NCBI GenBank assembly: GCA_963514005.1
Contig: OY740805.1
Location: 28,954,001-29,018,000, forward strand
Direction: 5' to 3'
Origin: Raja brachyura
Lineage: Eukaryota
DNA length: 64,000 bases
Positions 25,095-37,668 of this stretch are shown in pieces. The position numbers and the translations under genes are program-made. Position 1 is the first letter of the stretch, and every line of letters starts with the position of its first letter. A model generated the notes under the pieces. That model had not been told where the DNA came from. It did no database searches and was given only the letters and a program-made list of their open reading frames with translations.

Positions 25095-27235
25095 CTGAAG
25101 AGAGATCAATATTTCAGTTTCCAACCTATTGACTTGTTGGTGCATAGGAACAGAGTTCAGTTCAGTCCAGTTTAGTTTATTGTCACGTGTACCGAGCTAC
25201 AGTGGCAAGTTTTTTTGTTGCGTGCTATCGAGTCGGCAGAAAGACAATACATGATTACAATCAATCCATTTCTAGTGTATAGATACATGGTAAGGGAATA
25301 ACGTTTCGTGCAAGGTAAAGTTCGGTCAAGGATACACCGAGGGACCTGAAAGAGGTAGATAATAGTTCATCTCTGTTCTCTGGTTGTGGTAGGATGATTC
25401 AGTTGCCTGATAACTGCTGGGAAGAAAATGTTCCTTAATCTGGATATATAGGTTTTCACCCTTCTATACCTTTTGCCTGATAGGGGAGGGGGGAGAGGGA
25501 GTGGACAGGGTGTAATTCCTCGTTGATTATGTTGTTGGTCTTGCCGAGGGTGTAGATGGAGTCAATGAAAGGAAGGTCGGTTTGTGTGACGGCCTTGGCT
25601 GCGTCCACAATTCGGTGCAACTGCCCACGTGCCATTCAAGAAGGAAATTGTGCCCTTCAGCCGAACTTGTCCATGCCGCCCAAGATGTCCCATCTAAGCT
25701 AGCCCCATAGGCCCGCATTTGGCCTATATCTATCTCCACCTTCCCTATCCATGTACCTGTGCAAATGGCTTTAAGTTATGTTATAGTACCTGCCCCAACT
25801 ACCTCCAATGCTCATTCCCCCACCTGACACCCTCTGCGGGAAATGTTACCCCTCGGGTTCCTATTAAATCCTCCCCCTTTCACCTTAAACATGTGTCCTC
25901 TGGTACTCCATTCCCCTACAAATGGCAGACGACCCTGTGCATTTACCCTGTCTAGTCCTCTCATGATTTTAGACGCCTGTTCAATAATGTTTGCTTAAAA
26001 TGGAAAATGCAGCTACAAGTTTAGTCTGGAGAGGTTGAGCGATGTTAGTTTTATTTTTAAAGATACAGCGCGGGAACAGGCCCTTCGGCCCATTGGGTCT
26101 GAACCGACCAGCGATCCCCGCACACGGATGCGATCCTACACACACTGGGGACAATGCACGCCTATACAGAAGCCAATTAATCTCCAAGCCTGTGTGTGCG
26201 AGTTTGGAGTGTGGGAGTAAACCGAAGATCTCGGAGAAAACCCACACGGTCACGGGCAAAACGTACAAACTCCGTACAGGCAGCACCCGCCGTCTGGATC
26301 GAACCAGGGTTTCTGGCGCCACAAGCGCTGTTAGGGAGGTTTAGGGAGAATCAGCTACAGTTAAAGGTTTGAAAAAAAACGTACAGGAGAAAATCGAGGT
26401 GGGTCTGGTAGTATATCGGGAGGGAAATAGATCCTTCTTTAGACCATTTCCTCCACAGAAATAGCCTGACCCGCTGAGTTCTTTCAGCACTGATTTTTGC
26501 TCAAAATTCCAGCACATCCAGTCTCTCTATAGTTAAAGGTACTTTTCTGAAGCCATGAGGGTCTTGAACCAACCTGCACAATTCAAGTGCAACCTCGCCA
26601 ATGGAAGACTAGGGACCATCACTTGCACTACCATGGACTTGATTTTTGATTGTGTATTTCTCCATTCATGTCTTTTTTTTTTGCACACAGGCTATTTTTC
26701 CCTTTGCGGAGGAAGGAACTGAAAATGCTGGTTAACACCGAAGATAAACACACAATGCTGGAGCAACTCAGAGGTAGTGTTGCCACCTCAAAGTACCACA
26801 GACCTGGGTCGATCTTTTATACGGATGCTGTCTGTACGGAGTTTGTACGTTCTCCCTGTGACCGCGTGCATTATGTCTGGGTGATCCGGTTTCCTCTCAC
26901 ATCCCAAGGACGTGCACGTTTGCAGGTTAATCGGCTTCTGTAAATTGTCCCTTACCTGTAGGATAGAAAAAGTGTACGGGTGATCGATGGTCGGCGCGGA
27001 CTCGGTGGGCCGAAGGGATGTTTCAATGCTGAATCTCTAAACTAAACTGAATCTATCCTGTAGGAAGGGAATGCAGATGCATTTTTTTCCCGAAAATTGT
27101 TTCTCTGGAAAGAAGGAATGGCCGACGTTTAGGGTATTGGCCCTTCTTCTCGACCCGAAACGTCACCCGCGCGAAATAAATAGCCCTTATTTTATATGAG
27201 AAGTTTGCTTAGTGTGAAAAGATAAAGCCACAAAC

Positions 27236-27526
27236 CTTCATGGACAGGACAGAGCTGTGTTAGATCCACGCTCCATGTCTCCTCACTTACAGGGTTCCCC
27301 ACGGTGCAGTTGTACACGCTGTTGTTGTTGGATAGAGCTATGGATAGTGCCAGCCTTCTCCCTTCGTCAGTCAGTATGTGCGACCCATCTGCCGTGACCT
27401 TGCCATCTCCTGACCACCAAGTGTAGACTGGCTCGGTGCCGTGCTCCAGTGAACATACCAAGCTAACGTTACACACCCCGTCAGTGAAGAATTTGCTGAT
27501 ATTTATTACTGGTAATGACACTCGTT
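27236..27526 (-). CDS. CD2/SLAM-family receptor copy B, exon 3: IgC2 domain
   Basis: 291 nt, acag|AA...GAAG|gtttgt; four-Cys pattern CNVSLVC...YNCTVGNPVS...LC typical of CD2/SLAM domain 2. Confidence 0.88.
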
Positions 27527-28095
27527 CTGTTTCCAAGAAAAGCACAAATACAAGCCATGGAATAATAACAACCAGTAGGTGCTAGCCATGAGTTTCCCAC
27601 AAGAACATTAAGAGTGGAAGACTGTTTAGTTTAGTTGAGAGATACAGCGAGGAAACAAACCCTTCGGCCCACCGTGTCCGCGCCATCCCTGCACACTAGC
27701 AATATCCTACACACACTACGGAGAATTTACAAACTCTGTGCAAGCACTCGTAATTTTAGTGGAAAATCCTTCCCGTGATATTACAAAAACGAATCGTCCC
27801 GTTTACACTTTTCCATCAAAACTGGATCACAAGTAATCTCGTTATTCGCAGAGAAAGTTTAATTTCTGTGTCCCTATCATCTTTCATGACAGTCAGATGC
27901 CTGGAGAGACCTCCCTTCAAGAACCCATCCTAGTGCTCCTCCATTTATATATAAAAAGCAAATTATGAGGACTGGTTCTTGAACAAGCAAGGGCCCCACA
28001 GATTTTAGCTCACAAGCATCTCCTCTTACATCTTTAACTTCGTGAAGGTTATTAGATCAGAAAATGTATCGTTTGAAAAAATGAAAATAGATTAC

Positions 28096-28425
28096 CATAA
28101 ACTTTCAGTTCCGTCACATGTACATGGAGCTGCTGATTCATCCTTAAGTTCATTTCATACAGACCTTGATCGTGTTCTGTTAGGTTCTGTATTTCCAGAC
28201 TACAGTCCTTCAGCTTTAACCTGATTCTCTGTTTGTTACAATGAATTGGATTGTTTTGAGTTTTCATACATAATTGAACCTTTTCCGTCGTTGATGGACT
28301 ATGGTAATCCCAAGTGAGGATTGTAATGTTTTCTCCCGAGATACATCCTGGTAACGTGACCGACTGTCCCAGTGTACCATTCACCAAGTGATGAGTGCCT
28401 GGTTTCCCAGTAGTCTGTCCCAGCC
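28096..28425 (-). CDS. CD2/SLAM-family receptor copy B, exon 2: IgV domain
   Basis: 330 nt, tttcag|...TATG|gtaatc; GQSVTLP..W..SLEIQNLTEHDQGLYE with no F-strand Cys, as in CD2-family domain 1. Confidence 0.88.
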
Positions 28426-29449
28426 CTGAAACACAAGGACAAGATATTAGTGCCATCAACTCTGGTGTGTTGATGTTCATAGTTTCCCAGCCCAGCAGCG
28501 AGTTGTCCCAACCCTAATGGACAAGGGCAGCAGGCACACGAGTATTTCACCACCCATACAGATGAAGCTCTGGATGAATAATCTTAAAAACACAGAAAGT
28601 AGCTGCAGGAGTCGTCCATTCGGCCCTTCGAGCCAACATCGCCATTCAATATGATCATGGCTGAACATCGAGAATGGGTACCCTCTTCCTGCTTTTACTT
28701 CATATCCCTTGAATCATTTAGCTCAAAGAACTGTGTCTAACTCTCTTTTGAATGCATCCATTGAATTGAACTGCACTGCGTTCTGTGGCATAGAATTCCA
28801 CAGGCAGCATTTTGTACATGTTTAAACTATATCTATTACCTGGTATCTTCCATCGGATTGATTTGGATAGGAACGAAATTCTCTGCCTCCAAGGTCGGTG
28901 GAGTCCGGTTCTCTGGACACTTTCAAGATACAACTAGGTAGGGCTCTTAAAGATAGCGGAGTTATGTGATATGGGGATATCACTCGCACGGCAGTGAGTT
29001 ACCCCAACCCTAATGGGCATAGGTAGCAGGTAGATATATCTATATGTTATATAGATTGTATGTATTGCTATATTATACGGATAGATTAAAAGATAGAAAA
29101 ATTAGATAGATTGATAGATCGATAGATAGATAGATAGACAGATAGAGAAATAGAGAGAGATAGAGAGAGATAGCGAGAGATAGAGAGAGATAGAGAGATA
29201 TAGAGATTGAAATGGCGGTGGAGGGCAGGTACGATAGTAGGGTTTAAGTGGCTTTTAGAAAGGCACATGGATATACAGGGAATGCATAGATATGGATTAT
29301 GTGCGGGCAGGGGAGTTTACATTAACTTGGCATCATGTTCGGCATGGGTGTTACGGGCTGAATGGCCTGTTCATGTGCTGGACTGTTCCATGCAGCACCT
29401 TCTTCCAACCGACCGCCACCCTCACCCCGAGGTCAAGGCATGGACTCAC

Positions 29450-29519
29450 CTCCAGAGTCGCTCAACAGCAGCCAAAGTATCCAGATGTGGAAGTGAATCC
29501 CAGGAACTCTCCTGGCCAT
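29450..29519 (-). CDS. CD2/SLAM-family receptor copy B, exon 1: signal peptide MARRVPGIHFHIWILWLLLSDSG
   Basis: gacATGG context; basic then hydrophobic leader; G|GTGAGT donor in phase 1. Confidence 0.8.
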
Positions 29520-32333
29520 GTCTTCTCTTCAGATTCTTCAGCAAGTTGTTATTGAGCAACAAGAGACTGCAGATACTGGAATCTGTTGCAAGAAAACAAT
29601 AACCTGTTAGACGATCTCAGTCGTTCGAGCAGCATTTGTTGAGGCAAAGAAATGTTGGACATGACCCACACCAGGACTCAGAGTGCAGAGGAAAGATAGT
29701 CCATGTTCATAAGTCATAGGAGCAGAATTAGGCTATTCAGCCCATCGACTCTACTCTGCCATTCAATCTTGGCTGATCTATCTTTCCCTCTTAACCCCAT
29801 TCTCCTGCCTGCTCCCCATAACCCCTGACACCCGCACTCAGACCCTGGACTCTCCCACGACTAGAAACATCCTCTCCTCACCCACTCTATCCAGGCCTTT
29901 TACTATCCGTTAAGTCTCAGTGAAATCTCCCCTCATCCTTCTAAACTCCAGCGAGTACAGGCCCAGTGCCGTCAATCGCTCACCTTATGTTGACCCACTC
30001 ATCCCCGGAATCATTCTATTACAATATATATTAAATGTTGTTATTTCTGTACCGATATGTATGATTCCTTTTCATGGAATCCAACCATTCATTTCAACCA
30101 AAATATGTAAACATAGTGCTCTGTGAACAATATAATAAACGCAGGTACACACCCACACGTACATATCTTCTGTATACTATTGCTGTTATTATTGCATTGT
30201 TATTGTTTGTATGTTTGTACATCTGCGTATTATGTGCGTATGTGTGCGTGTATATACATGTGTGTGTGTGCGTGTGTGTGACGTTGTGTGTTTATATATG
30301 AATATCAAGGAACTGCAGATGCTTGTTTAAACCGAATGTAGACACAAAACGCTTGAGTAACTCAGCGGGACAGTCTGAAGAAGGGCCTCGATCAGAAACG
30401 TCATTCAAGCCTTCTTTCCAGATATGCTACCTGTCCCGGCGAGTTACAACAGCATTTTGTGTCTAATTGGTTGAAACCAGCATCTACAGTTCCTTCAAAT
30501 ACATATTTCCCGTAGTGAACGTTGAGGCAGGGACCACTGCAACTTTCAAAAAACAATTAGACAGGTACAAGGATAATACAGGTTTGGAAGGATATGGGCC
30601 AAGTGCAGGCAGGTCGGACTGGTGCAGATGGGGCATGTTGGTCGGTGTGGGCAAGTTGGGCCGAAGGGCCTGTTTCAACGCTGCATGTTTCGATGCCTCT
30701 ACCTTCCTATCAAGCTCCTCACTCACTTGTGTCTCACTATTTCCTGCCACGCTTTGTCGTACCTCTCCGCCTTTTCCAGCCTTCTTCTCTCCCCCCACCT
30801 TCAACAAATCAGTTTGAATAAGGGTCTCAATCCAATGCAGTACGGTTTAGTTTACAGTTTAATTGATTGTCATCTGCACCGAGGTACAGTGAAAAGCTTT
30901 TGTTGCGTGCTAACCAGCGGAAAGACAATAAACGATTACAATCGAGCCATTGACAGTGACAACAGAATAATGGTCAGTGCAAGGTAAAGCCAGCAAAGTC
31001 CGAGCAAGGATAGTCCGTTGGTCACCAATGAGGGGGATAGTAGTTCAGCATTGCTCTCTGGTTGTGGTACGATGATTCAGTTGCCTGATTATAGCTGGGA
31101 AGACACTATCCTTCAATCTGGACGTGTGCGTGTTCACACTTCTGTACATTTTGCCTGATCGGAGAGGGAGAAGAGGGAGTGGCCAGGGTGTAACTCCTCC
31201 CTGATTATGCTGCTGGCCTTGCCGAGGCAGCGTGAGGTGTAGATGGAGTCAATGGAAGGGAGGTGGGTTTGTGTGATGGTCTGGGCTGCGTCCACAATTC
31301 GCTGCAATTTCTTGCGGTCTTGGATGGAGCTGTTCCCAAACCAAGCTGTGACTTGAAACTGTGCCTCCTTTCCCAGCTCTCCCGAGATGTTGCTAGGCCC
31401 GCTGAGTTATTCCAGCACTGTGTCCTTTTCTGATTATGGTTTATCGGTCACCGCCACGACGTTTCACTTTTACAGACAGAAAAAAAGGCAGAATAGTGTT
31501 GTCAGAGGATGTTACTGTGCGTTTTTCAACTTAAATACGATATGGTTGGTGCCTTTCAGCACTGACTGCCCTCTCTGCCGCATCTTGTTCCAGTCCCACC
31601 TGTTTATCTGATCACTCACGCGTACTTCACGCTACGTGTGGTCTGGGACCGCAGTGGACGATAGAATGCGACAGCATCTGCAGCCAGGGTCCACACCACA
31701 CGAGTTGAACTATATGCACCTGGCCTCGCTGATGGGACAACGTTTCTTTGGTGTATTTTAAAATCACTTTAATGCCCCATCCCAGTCTAGCCCATGCCTG
31801 CATATTGTTTCAAACAGCCATGTAATCCCCGCAGAAACCATTCGGCACATCATCTCTACTACCCCATTGAATCATGGCTGTTCTATATCCCCTCTTAACC
31901 TAATTATCATACCTGCTCCCCATAAGCCCTGACACCCGTAGTAATCGTGAATCTCTCTCCCTCTGCCATAAAAATATCCATTGATGGCTTCCACAGCCTT
32001 CTATGGCAAAGAATTCCACAGATTCTCCACCCTCTGACAAAATACATTCCTGCTCATCTCCTTCCTAAACGATCGTCCCTTAATTCTGAGGCTCTAAACC
32101 CGAGTCCTAGTGTCTCCCACTATGGAAACATCCTCTCCACATCCACACTATCCAAGCCTCTCGCATATCCACAGTTTCACCATTTAATTCTTGGCGCATT
32201 CCATCCACGGTCAAATCCTTGAAGGGTAAGGGGACGGGTTGGGATAGTTGGAGAAATCGGCGCACAAACTGGTACGGCAGAGGGAAGAGAGAGGTGGGGG
32301 GGGGGGGGGGGGGGGGGAATGGGTTACAGATTA

Positions 32334-32485
32334 TTACCTGGATTTGTACGGAGAAAAATATTCAAAGGTGCTGACCTGTGCTGGGCTTGTCCTCTTGCAA
32401 TACAGGTAGCAAAAGATAGCTGAGATGAAAATGATTGTGGCGTCTGTAAAACGTACACGGTGTGAGGCTCTTAGTGGCTTATAAC
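32334..32485 (-). CDS. Copy C exon 4: TM + tail (GYKPLRASHRVRFTDATIIFISAIFCYLYCKRTSPAQVSTFEYFSPYKSR*)
   Basis: Same length, acceptor and frame as copy B. Confidence 0.7.
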
Positions 32486-34762
32486 CTGAAGAGAGAACAA
32501 TATTTCAGTTTCCAACCTATTGACTTGTTGGTGCATAGGAACAGAATCAGAGTTCAGTTCAGTTCAGTTCAGTTTATTGTCACGTGTACCGAGCTACAGT
32601 GGCAAGTTATTTTGTTGCGTGCTATCGAGTCGGCAGAAAGACAATACATGATTACAATCAATCCATTTCTAGTGTATAGATGCATGGTAAGGGAATAACG
32701 TTTCGTACAAGGTAAAGTTCGGTCAAGGGTAGACCGAGGGACCTACAAGATGTAGATAGTAGTTGATCTCTGTTCTCTGGTTGTGGTAGGATGATTCAGT
32801 TGCCTGATACCTGCTGGGAGGAAAATGTCCCTGAATCTGGATGTATAGGTTTTCACCCATCCATACATTTTGCCTGATAGGAGAGGGGAGGAGAGGGAGT
32901 GGGCAGGATGTAATTCCTCCTTGATTATGCTGCTGGCCTTGCCGAGGCAGCGTGGGGTGTAGATGTAAGGGAGTCAGTGTAAGGAAGTCGTTTGTGTGAC
33001 GGCCTTGGCTGCATCCACAATTCGCTGCAATTGCCTACATGTCATTCAAGAAGGAAACTGTGCCCTTCAGCCCAACTTGTCCATGCCGCTCAAGATATCC
33101 CAGTGTAAGATAGTCCAATATGCCCGCGTTTGGCCTTCTCCTTCTAAACCTTTCATATCCATGTACCTGTCCAAATAGCTTTAAATTATGTTATAGTACC
33201 TGCCTCAACTACCTCCCCTGCTCATTCGTACTTGCCACCCTCTGAGGGAAACCTTGCCCCTCGGGATCCTATTAAATCCCTTCCCTTTCAGCTTAAACCT
33301 ATGTCCTCTGGTACTCCATTCCCCTACACAGGCTAGACGACTCTGCGCATTCACCCTGTCTTTTCCTCTCATGATTTTAGACGCCTGTTCAATAATGTTT
33401 GCTTAAAATGGAAAATGCAGCTGAAAGTTTAGTCTGGAGAGGTTGAGCTATGTTAGTTTTATTTTAAGAGATACAGCGCGGGAACAGGCCCATTGGGCCC
33501 ATTGAGTCCGCACCGACCAGCGATCCCCGTACACGTACACTATCCTACACACACTAGGGACAATTTACACGTATACAGAAGCCAATTAACCTACACGCCT
33601 GTGTGCGCGAGTTTGGCGTGTAGGAAGAAACCGAATATCTCGGAGAAAACCCACGCGCCCACGGGGAGAGCGGACAAACTCCGGACAGAAATGACGTGTA
33701 GGCAGGATCGAACTTGGGTTTCTGGCGCTGCAAGTGCTGTGAGGCAGACTTAGGGAGAAGCAGCTATATTTAAAGGTTTTTAAAAAAACGTACCGGAGAG
33801 AATCGTTGGGTCAGGCAGTATCCCGGGAGGGAAATAAATTCTTCTTTAGATCGTTCCCTCCACTGAAGCTGCCTGACCCGCTGTGTTCGTTCAGCACTGA
33901 TTTGTGCTCAAGATTCCAGCATTTGCAGTCTCTCCATAGTTAAAGGTATTTTCCTGCAACCATCAGGGTCTTAAACCAACCTGTATAATTCACGTCCAAC
34001 GTCGCCAATTGTAGACTAGTGACCATCACTTGCACCACCATGGACTTGTTTTCTGATTCTGTATTTCTGTATTCATGTCTCTTTTTTTGCTCACAGTATA
34101 TTTTTCGTTTGGCGCAGGAAGGAATTGCAGATGCTGGTTTACTTCGAAGATACACACACAATACTGCAGTAGCTCAGCGGGAGTGTTGCATCCTCAGAGA
34201 TCAGATCGATCCATACTACGGGTGCTGTCTGTACGGAGTTTGTACGTTCTCCCTGTGAACGTGTGCGTTATGTCCGAGTGCTTTCGTTTCCTCCCACATC
34301 CCAAAGACGTGCAGGCTTGCAGGTTAATTTGCTTCTGTAAATTGTCCCTAACGTGTAGGATAGTATAAGTGTACGGGTGATCGATGGTCGGCGCGGACTT
34401 CGTGAGCCAACGGGCCTGTTTCCATGCTGTATCTCTAAACTAATCAAAACTAAACTAAATTTATAGTGTACGAAGGAACTGCAGATGCTGCGTTTTTATC
34501 CGAAGATTGTTTCTCTGGCTAGAAGGAATGGGCGATGTTTTGGGTCGAGGCCCTAATTCTTGACCCAAAACGTCACCCATTCCTTCTCTCCAGAGATACT
34601 GCCTGTTCCGCTGAGTTACGCCAGCATGTTGTCCCTGTTTAAACTAAACATATTACCTGATTTCTTCCATTGGAAGGATTTTTGGATTTGCATAGGAACG
34701 AAACAAATAGCCCTTATTTTATATGAGAAGTGTGCTTAGTGTGAAAAGATAAAGCCACAAAC

Positions 34763-35053
34763 CTTCTTGGGCAGGGCAGAGCTGTGTTAGATCCACGCTC
34801 CGTGTCTCCTCACTAACAGGGTTCCCCACGGTGCAGTTGTACATGCTGGTGTTGTTGGGTAGAGCTATGGAGAATGCCAGCCTTATCCCTTCGTCAGTCA
34901 GTATGTGCGACCCATCTGCCGTGACCTTGCCATCTCCTGACCACCAAGTGTAGACTGGCTCGGTGCCGTGCTCCAGTGAACATATCAAGCTAACGTTACA
35001 CACCCCGTCAGTGAAGGCTTCGCTGATATTTATTACTGGCAATGACACTCGTT
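34763..35053 (-). CDS. Copy C exon 3: IgC2 domain
   Basis: 291 nt, AG/GT intact, open frame within ORF 34719-35072. Confidence 0.88.
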
Positions 35054-35612
35054 CTGTTTCCAAGAAAAGCACAAATACAAGCCATGGAATAATAACAACC
35101 AGTAGGCGCTAGCCATGAGTTTCCGACAAGAACATTAAAAGTGGAAGACTGTTTAGTTTAGTTTAGTGATACAAACCCTTCGGCCCACCGTGTCCGCGCC
35201 ATCCCCGCACACTAGCACTATCCTACACACACTACGGACAATTTACAAACTCTGTGCAAGCACTCGTAATTTTGGTGGAAAATCCTTCCCGTGATATTAC
35301 AAAAACGAATCGTCCAGTTTACACTTTTCCATCAAAGCTGGATCACAAGTAATCTTGTTATTCGCAGAGAAAGTTTAATTTGTGTGTCCCTATCGTCTTT
35401 CAGAACAGTCAGATAGCTTGGAGAGACCTCCCTTCAAGAACCCACCCTAGTGCTCCTCCATTTATATATAAAAAGCAAATTATGAGGACTGGTTCTTGAA
35501 CAAGCAAGGACCCCAGAGATTTTAGCTCACAAGCATCTCCTCTTACATCTTTAACTTCGTGAATGTTATTAGATCAGAAAATGTACCGTTTGAAAAAATG
35601 AAAATAGATTAC

Positions 35613-35942
35613 CATAAACTTTCAGTTCCGTCACTTGTACATGGAGCCTCTGATTCGCCCTTAAGTTAATTTCATATAGACCTTGATCGTGTTCTGTTAG
35701 GTTCTGTATTTCCAGACTACAGTCCTGTAACTTTAACCTGATTCTCTGTTTGTTACAATGTATTGGATTGTTTTGAGTTTTCGTACATAACTGAAACTTT
35801 CCTGTTGTTGGTGAACTTTGGTAATCCCAAGTGAGGATTGAAATGTTTTCTCCTGAGATACATCCTGGTAACGTGACCGCCTGTCCCATTGTACCATTCA
35901 CCAAGCGATGAGTGCCTGGTTTCCCAGCAGTCTGTCCCAGAC
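35613..35942 (-). CDS. Copy C exon 2: IgV domain
   Basis: 330 nt, AG/GT intact, open frame within ORF 35569-35997. Confidence 0.88.
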
Positions 35943-37011
35943 CTGAAACACAAGGACAAGATATTAGTGCCATCAGCTCTGGTGTGTTGATGTTCATAGT
36001 TTCCCAGCCCAGCAGCGAGTTGTCCCAACCCTAATGGACAAGGACAGCAGGCACATGAGTATTCCACCACCCATACGGATGAGGCTCTGGATGAATAATC
36101 TTAAAAACACAGAAAGTAGCTGAAGGAGTAGGCCATTCGGCCCTTCGCGCCAGCATCGCCATTCAATATGATCATGGCTGATTATAGAACATGGGTACCC
36201 TGTTCCTGCTTTTACTTCATATCCCTTGATTCCTTCAGCCCAAAGAACTGTGTCTAACACACTTTTGAATGCATCCATTGAATTGAACTGCACTGCTTTC
36301 TGTTGCATAGAATTCCCCAGGCAGCATTTTGTACATGTTTAAAATATATCTATTACCTGGTATCTTTCATCGGAAGGATTTGGATAGGAACAAAATTCTC
36401 TGCCTCCGAGGTCGGTGGAGTCCGGTTCTCTGGACACTTTCAAGATACAACTAGGTAGGGCTCTTAAAGATAGCGGAGTCATGAGATATGGGGAGAAGGA
36501 TGGAACGGGGTACTGATTGTGGATGATTAGCCATGAACACATTGAATGGCGGTGCTGGCTCGAAGGGCCGAATGGCCTACTCTTGCACATATCGACTATT
36601 GTCTATTGAAATAAATAGCCTTTATTTTATTTGAGAAGTGTGGTTAGTGTGAACATACCGAAACCAATCCATTTAGTTTCCCAGGACGACAGTGAGTTGC
36701 CCCAACCCTAATGGGCAAGGGCAGCAGGTCCACCCATGGCATCACCTCACATCTTCAATTTGGAGTTAGCAAGGGTCAGTCCTGAAAGAAGCTTTCGCCC
36801 TGCTGTCCCAGCACACGGCAACGAAAGAGTTGGCACTGGCTAATACCGGTTGGTAGAACATCTGCAGTATCTCACTGTGGGCGTTGAAGGAGCTGAGCCT
36901 TCTCAAAAAGTACAGGCAGCTCTGTCCCTTCTTGTACATTGCCTCAGCGTTCCTGGACCAGTCCAGTTTACTGTTCATGTACACTCCCAGTTATTTGTAC
37001 TCCTTAGATAG

Positions 37012-37161
37012 NNNNNNNNNNNNNNNNNNNNNNNNNNNNNNNNNNNNNNNNNNNNNNNNNNNNNNNNNNNNNNNNNNNNNNNNNNNNNNNNNNNNNNNNN
37101 NNNNNNNNNNNNNNNNNNNNNNNNNNNNNNNNNNNNNNNNNNNNNNNNNNNNNNNNNNNNN
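37012..37161. other. N gap (others: 38377-38733, 46239-46427, 47627-47883, 54625-54853, 56983-57166)
   Basis: N runs seen directly, at two equivalent positions in each of units C, D and E. Confidence 0.95.
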
Positions 37162-37598
37162 AATCATACAAGTGTATATATAATCACCTGATCATACAAG
37201 TTCTATATTATTCCATATTCGCATGCATTCCATACGCAATGATGGAAATTAACCTAAAGATCTGCATGTCTTGGGGATGGGGGGGGGGGGGGGGGGGGGG
37301 GACACTGGGGCACCACGTGTTTTTTTTTACACCGAGAGTAGTGGGTGTCTGGGAGGCGCTGCCAAAAATGGCGGTGGAGGGCAGAGTGGGGTATCAGTGG
37401 CTTTTAGAAAGGCACATGGATATACAGGGAATGCATAGGTATGGATTATGTGCGGACAGGGGAGTTTACATTAACTTGGCATCATGTTCGGCATGGGTGT
37501 TGCGGGCTGAATGGCATGTTCCTGTGTTGTACTGTTCCACTCAGCACCTTCTTCCAACCGACCGCCACCCTCACCCCGAGGTCAAGGCATGGACTCAC

Positions 37599-37668
37599 CT
37601 CCAGAGTCGCTCAACAGCAGCCAAAGTATCCTGATGTGGAAGTGAATCCCAGGAATTCTCCTGGCCAT
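37599..37668 (-). CDS. Copy C exon 1: signal peptide MARRIPGIHFHIRILWLLLSDSG
   Basis: 70 nt from ATG to G|GTGAGT. Confidence 0.78.

Noticed and set aside
28426-28480. ORF-track N-termini MNINTPELMALISCPCVS and MLFLET, and C-termini GNLFSFF.. and GLWLYLF..
   Set aside because: Intronic read-through beyond AG/GT sites; the real leader is a separate exon upstream.
30467-30987. Recurrent 100-170-aa ORFs (also ~38.9, ~48.0 and ~57.3 kb)
   Set aside because: Chimeras of LINE 3' ends and short repeats; starts, stops and frames differ between units.
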